From contig JBFLWF010000002.1 in assembly GCA_040758355.1 (NCBI GenBank), positions 64,001-128,000 of the forward strand: a stretch of DNA of 64,000 nt, given 5' to 3'. Positions 60,559-64,000 of the stretch are shown here, piece after piece. A program made the position numbers and the translations under genes. Source of the DNA: Nitrospirota bacterium. GTDB taxonomy: Bacteria > Nitrospirota > Thermodesulfovibrionia > Thermodesulfovibrionales > Dissulfurispiraceae. The number at the start of each line of letters is the position of its first letter. The first letter of the stretch is position 1. Below the pieces are notes generated by a model. The model worked only from the letters and a program-made list of their open reading frames with translations. It did no database searches and was not told the DNA's origin.

Positions 60559-61407
60559 ATGAACGGATTAAAGACAATGGTTTTAATGGTTACATTAACC
60601 TTAATGCTTGTGGCAATAGGAGGCCTTCTGGGCGGCAAGTCAGGGATGACATTTGCTTTAATCATGGCCTTTGGAATGAACTTCATAACATACTGGTTCA
60701 GCGATAAGATAGTGCTGAAGATGTATGGCGCCAAGCCAGTAACAGAGGCAGAGGCTCCTGAGCTTTACGGCATTGCAAGAAGGCTTGCCCACAGGGCAGA
60801 GCTTCCCATGCCTAAGGTATATATAATGGATGAAGACCAGCCAAATGCATTTGCAACAGGGAGAAATCCAAATCATGGCGTGGTTGCCGTTACAACAGGC
60901 ATAATGAGAATCCTTTCGAGGGAAGAGCTTGAAGGCGTCATAGCCCATGAACTTGCCCATATCAAACACAGGGATATACTCGTAGGCACAGTTGCTGCAA
61001 CAATCGCAGGCGCTATAAGCTACCTTGCACAGATGGCGCAGTGGGCAATGATATTCGGAGGAAGGCGTGACGATGAAGAGGGCGGAGGCAATCCAATAGC
61101 AGCTATCGTAATGATGATTGTTGGCCCTATTGCAGCCATGCTTGTGCAGATGGCCATATCACGCTCAAGGGAATACGGTGCGGATGCAGGCGGTGCAAGG
61201 ATCGCAGGAAATCCCATGCATCTTGCAAATGCCTTGAAAAAACTTCACATGGCTTCCCAGAGGATACATATGGATGCAAATCCAGCAACATCGCATATGT
61301 TTATAGTCAATCCCCTTTCAGGCGGGGGACTCTTAAAGCTCTTCAGCACACACCCGCCCATGGAGGAGAGGATAGCAAGGCTTGAGGCCATGAGAATGGG
61401 AAGTTAA
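60559..61407 (+). CDS. htpX: Zinc metalloprotease HtpX
   Basis: [28 protein letters not shown]. Confidence 0.95.
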   Translation: MNGLKTMVLMVTLTLMLVAIGGLLGGKSGMTFALIMAFGMNFITYWFSDKIVLKMYGAKPVTEAEAPELYGIARRLAHRAELPMPKVYIMDEDQPNAFATGRNPNHGVVAVTTGIMRILSREELEGVIAHELAHIKHRDILVGTVAATIAGAISYLAQMAQWAMIFGGRRDDEEGGGNPIAAIVMMIVGPIAAMLVQMAISRSREYGADAGGARIAGNPMHLANALKKLHMASQRIHMDANPATSHMFIVNPLSGGGLLKLFSTHPPMEERIARLEAMRMGS

Positions 61408-61433
61408 AAATGGAGTAATGGAGTGTTGGAGCG

Positions 61434-61925
61434 ATGAATAAACCATTGGTATTGATCCTTATGGGAAGCGACAGCGACCTGCCTGTTATGGAAAAGGCAG
61501 GAGAGGTCTTAAAGGAAATGGGTGTTCCTTATGAAATGGACATAAGCTCAGCCCATAGACTGCCTGAAAAGACAGCAGAGTACTCAAAGAGCGCAAGGGA
61601 TCGCGGCATTGAGGTCATAATAGCAGGAGCAGGCATGGCAGCCCATCTTGCTGGCGTTGTCGCATCGCATACGACACTGCCTGTTATAGGCGTTCCGCTT
61701 AAATCAGGTGCATTGAATGGCGTTGATGCATTATATTCGACAGTGCAAATGCCTCCGGGAATACCTGTGGCAACGGTCGCAATTGATGGAGCAAAGAATG
61801 CCGCATATCTCGCATGCTCCATACTTTCCATAAAATATCCCGAAATAGCCGACAGGTTGGAGGCATTCAGGGAAAAGACAAGAAAGTCGTTGCTGGAGAA
61901 ATCGAAGGAGCTAAAGAAGTCTTAA
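61434..61925 (+). CDS. purE: N5-CAIR mutase
   Basis: [27 protein letters not shown]. Confidence 0.96.
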   Translation: MNKPLVLILMGSDSDLPVMEKAGEVLKEMGVPYEMDISSAHRLPEKTAEYSKSARDRGIEVIIAGAGMAAHLAGVVASHTTLPVIGVPLKSGALNGVDALYSTVQMPPGIPVATVAIDGAKNAAYLACSILSIKYPEIADRLEAFREKTRKSLLEKSKELKKS

Positions 61926-61961
61926 TATCAAGCCTGTACAGAACTGTAAAGAACTGCAAAT

Positions 61962-61996
61962 AAGCCCTTGCCATTAAGTTAAGGCAAGGGCTTTTT
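61962..61996. terminator. Terminator hairpin between convergent purE and lysR
   Basis: aagcccttgcc...ggcaagggctt then T run. Confidence 0.75.
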
Positions 61997-62903
61997 ATTT
62001 ATAAAGGAGCTTGTTATAAGGATAGTTCTCAAGGTAAGAAACCAACTCTTCGGAAGCCGGCGAAAGGACCATGTTTTGGAGCATTATGAGTGAGAAACTC
62101 CTGAGTATTTTTTCTTCCCTTGGAACAATAAACTTTAGTTTCCCTGTTTTAATTTCTTCCCTGGCATCCCATTTTGAAATTATGGATATCCCTGCCCCTC
62201 CGGCAACGGCCTCTTTTATGGATTCAGTACTGCCGAGTACAAGGGCTATGTGCAGTTTATTAACACCGATTCCGTGCGATAGGAGATATTCCTCTATTTT
62301 CTGTCTCGTGGCTGAACCTGCTTCTCTCATGATAAAAGGCTCTTTTGTTATCTCTAAAATCGAAACCAATTCCTTCCGGGACCATGGATGAGCCTGAGGT
62401 ACAATAAAACCGAGCTCATCCTGAACTACCGGCTTTACATTAAAACTGTTGCTTGACGGTTCTCCTGCCACAATCCCGAAATCGATAAATCCGGCATTCA
62501 GGAGGTCTTCGATTCTTTTTGCATTGCCTACCAGCATATTTATTCTTATTCTGGGATGTTTTTTTCTGAAATCGATTATGACGCCTGGAAGCACATGATT
62601 GCCGAGGGTTGTGCTTGCGCCAAATGTGACGCCTCCCTTTATCATCCCTGTCGCTCTACCTATCTCCTTCTCTATTTTCTCGTGAAGATTAAGTATTTTT
62701 TTTGCATATTTATACATGACTTCGCCGGCAGCAGTGAGAGTCACCGAGCCTCTGGATCTGTCGAGAAGCTTTGTGCCGCACACCTCTTCAAGCGCTTGAA
62801 TCTGGAGGCTGACAGCAGGCTGTGTAATGTGAACAATCCTGGAGGTCTTTGAAAAACTTCCGGTTTCTGCGATAGTGCAGAATATTTTGAACTTGTATAC
62901 CAT
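61995..62903 (-). CDS. LysR-family transcriptional regulator
   Basis: GSFSK...TQPAVSLQIQALEE HTH; REAGSATR; GSTESIKEAV. Confidence 0.9.
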   Translation of the reverse strand: MVYKFKIFCTIAETGSFSKTSRIVHITQPAVSLQIQALEEVCGTKLLDRSRGSVTLTAAGEVMYKYAKKILNLHEKIEKEIGRATGMIKGGVTFGASTTLGNHVLPGVIIDFRKKHPRIRINMLVGNAKRIEDLLNAGFIDFGIVAGEPSSNSFNVKPVVQDELGFIVPQAHPWSRKELVSILEITKEPFIMREAGSATRQKIEEYLLSHGIGVNKLHIALVLGSTESIKEAVAGGAGISIISKWDAREEIKTGKLKFIVPREEKILRSFSLIMLQNMVLSPASEELVSYLENYPYNKLLYK

Positions 62904-63031
62904 TCTTTAAAATAACATATTTAAGCGGTGGTTATGAATTTTAATTATAAAAAAATAAGGATGATATTTATCAAAAGATGCGGTATTTTATACTACTCCA
63001 GAATAAAAGTTGGAAACCATGATCCGTAAAC

Positions 63032-63215
63032 ATGGATAGCAGGTATGCGCTCAAAGCCTTAAATAATGCGATGAGATTATTTTTCTGCCTGTTTCTCTGC
63101 TGAATGCAAAAGGTGATACTGAAGTTGCCCTTAAACAGCGGGCCAATGGCTCGTATGAGAGTGTTCGGCTCTGAGGTATCGCTATTTAAGGCTTTTCGGC
63201 ACGCCTGCTATCCAT
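63032..63215. mobile_element. Fourth MITE-like inverted-repeat element
   Basis: atggatagcaggtatgcgctcaaagccttaaata versus reverse complement of 63183-63215 atggatagcaggcgtgccgaaaagccttaaata. Confidence 0.65.
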
Positions 63216-63303
63216 AATATAGAAAGCTTCATTACAGAAACTTTTTCAAGCGCATTTTTGTTATAATAATCTTTTATGTAGGCACGTGTAAGGAGTATTT
63301 CCT

Positions 63304-64000
63304 ATGAAGAAGAGGACGATAAAAAAGGTATTGGTTGCAAACAGGGGAGTTCCTGCAGTCAGGGTGATGCATACATGCAGGGATAGAAATATCCCCACTA
63401 CTGCTGTTTACAGCACACCCGATCGCCTCGCACACCATGTATTTATGGCTGACACTGCTGTGCATATAGGAGAGGCGCCACCAGTAGAATCCTACCTCAA
63501 TATGGATAAAATGATTAATGCTGCCCTCCAGAGCAAATCAGATGCAATACATCCGGGATGGGGATTCCTTGCCGAGAACGAGGAGTTTGCCCAGAAGGTG
63601 ATAGACGCAGGGATCATATGGGTAGGCCCTTCGCCAAAAGTCATAAAGATGATGGGAGACAAGATAGAAGCAAAAGTTATTGCACAAAAAGCGAATGTCC
63701 CGACGATCCCCGGACTCAATGATGTCACCGATATAACTCAGATCAAGAAATGGATGAAACATGAAAAGGTAACATACCCTATTATGATAAAGGCTGCTGC
63801 AGGCGGCGGCGGCAAGGGGATGGTGAAGGTAGAGAATGAAGACCAGTTGCCTCAGGCTTTTGCACAGGCCCGTTCAGAGGCAAAGAAGGCATTCGGAGAC
63901 GAAAAAATACTGGTCGAAAAATATATCGAGAGGGGAAGGCATATCGAAGTCCAGATAGTTGCGGATGAGCACGGCAATGTGGTTCACCTCTTTGAGAGGG
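63304..64000 (+). CDS. Biotin carboxylase subunit (AccC/PycA-like), truncated by the window edge
   Basis: KVLVANRGVPA; ESYLN; IHPGWGFLAEN; KAAAGGGGKGM; RHIEVQ; AAGGAG RBS; absent from the ORF track because it has no stop in the window. Confidence 0.9.
   Translation, partial: MKKRTIKKVLVANRGVPAVRVMHTCRDRNIPTTAVYSTPDRLAHHVFMADTAVHIGEAPPVESYLNMDKMINAALQSKSDAIHPGWGFLAENEEFAQKVIDAGIIWVGPSPKVIKMMGDKIEAKVIAQKANVPTIPGLNDVTDITQIKKWMKHEKVTYPIMIKAAAGGGGKGMVKVENEDQLPQAFAQARSEAKKAFGDEKILVEKYIERGRHIEVQIVADEHGNVVHLFER

Overview
Gene-dense bacterial chromosome segment of moderate GC content. Gene order and protein types suggest an anaerobic Nitrospirota/Thermodesulfovibrionia-like organism (inference only). 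All product calls come from motif recognition by eye; no database searches were run. From left to right: (1) sppA-ihfB, a split Rieske/cytochrome b6-type complex without a cytochrome c gene, a small toxin-antitoxin (TA) pair and oppD/oppF. (2) A minus-strand lysA-dapF-pilZ-dapA-tlpA-HDOD-small ATPase operon in which DapF is fused to an intact PilZ domain. (3) Aconitase, tRNA-Lys/tRNA-Glu, tauE-chrA and two HEAT-repeat paralogs. (4) An approximately 26 kb osmotic-stress region with glgC, two glucosylglycerate routes (GpgS+phosphatase, Ggs), two trehalose routes (TreT, TreY/TreZ), MscS, ClC, Kef and Na/Ca exchangers. (5) An approximately 11 kb defence island with HicBA, two YhcG/DUF1016 nucleases, DUF2442, Type III Mod/Res, an unknown nuclease-fold gene and a zeta-like ATPase pair. 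It is punctuated by three diverged copies of a 'restriction-gene start + promoter' unit and other gene-fragment scars. (6) A ChrB regulon with two matching operators. (7) A yybP-ykoY (Mn2+) riboswitch controlling htpX, then purE, LysR and a partial biotin carboxylase. Recurring non-coding or in-gene structures: 27-bp palindromes at the same codon position in both yhcG genes, an RPE-like palindrome in frame inside mod, four MITE-like hairpins, 7-8 nt tandem repeats inside genes, duplicated gene starts, two in-frame stops and many apparent leaderless genes. No CRISPR array, rRNA, integrase or transposase was seen.
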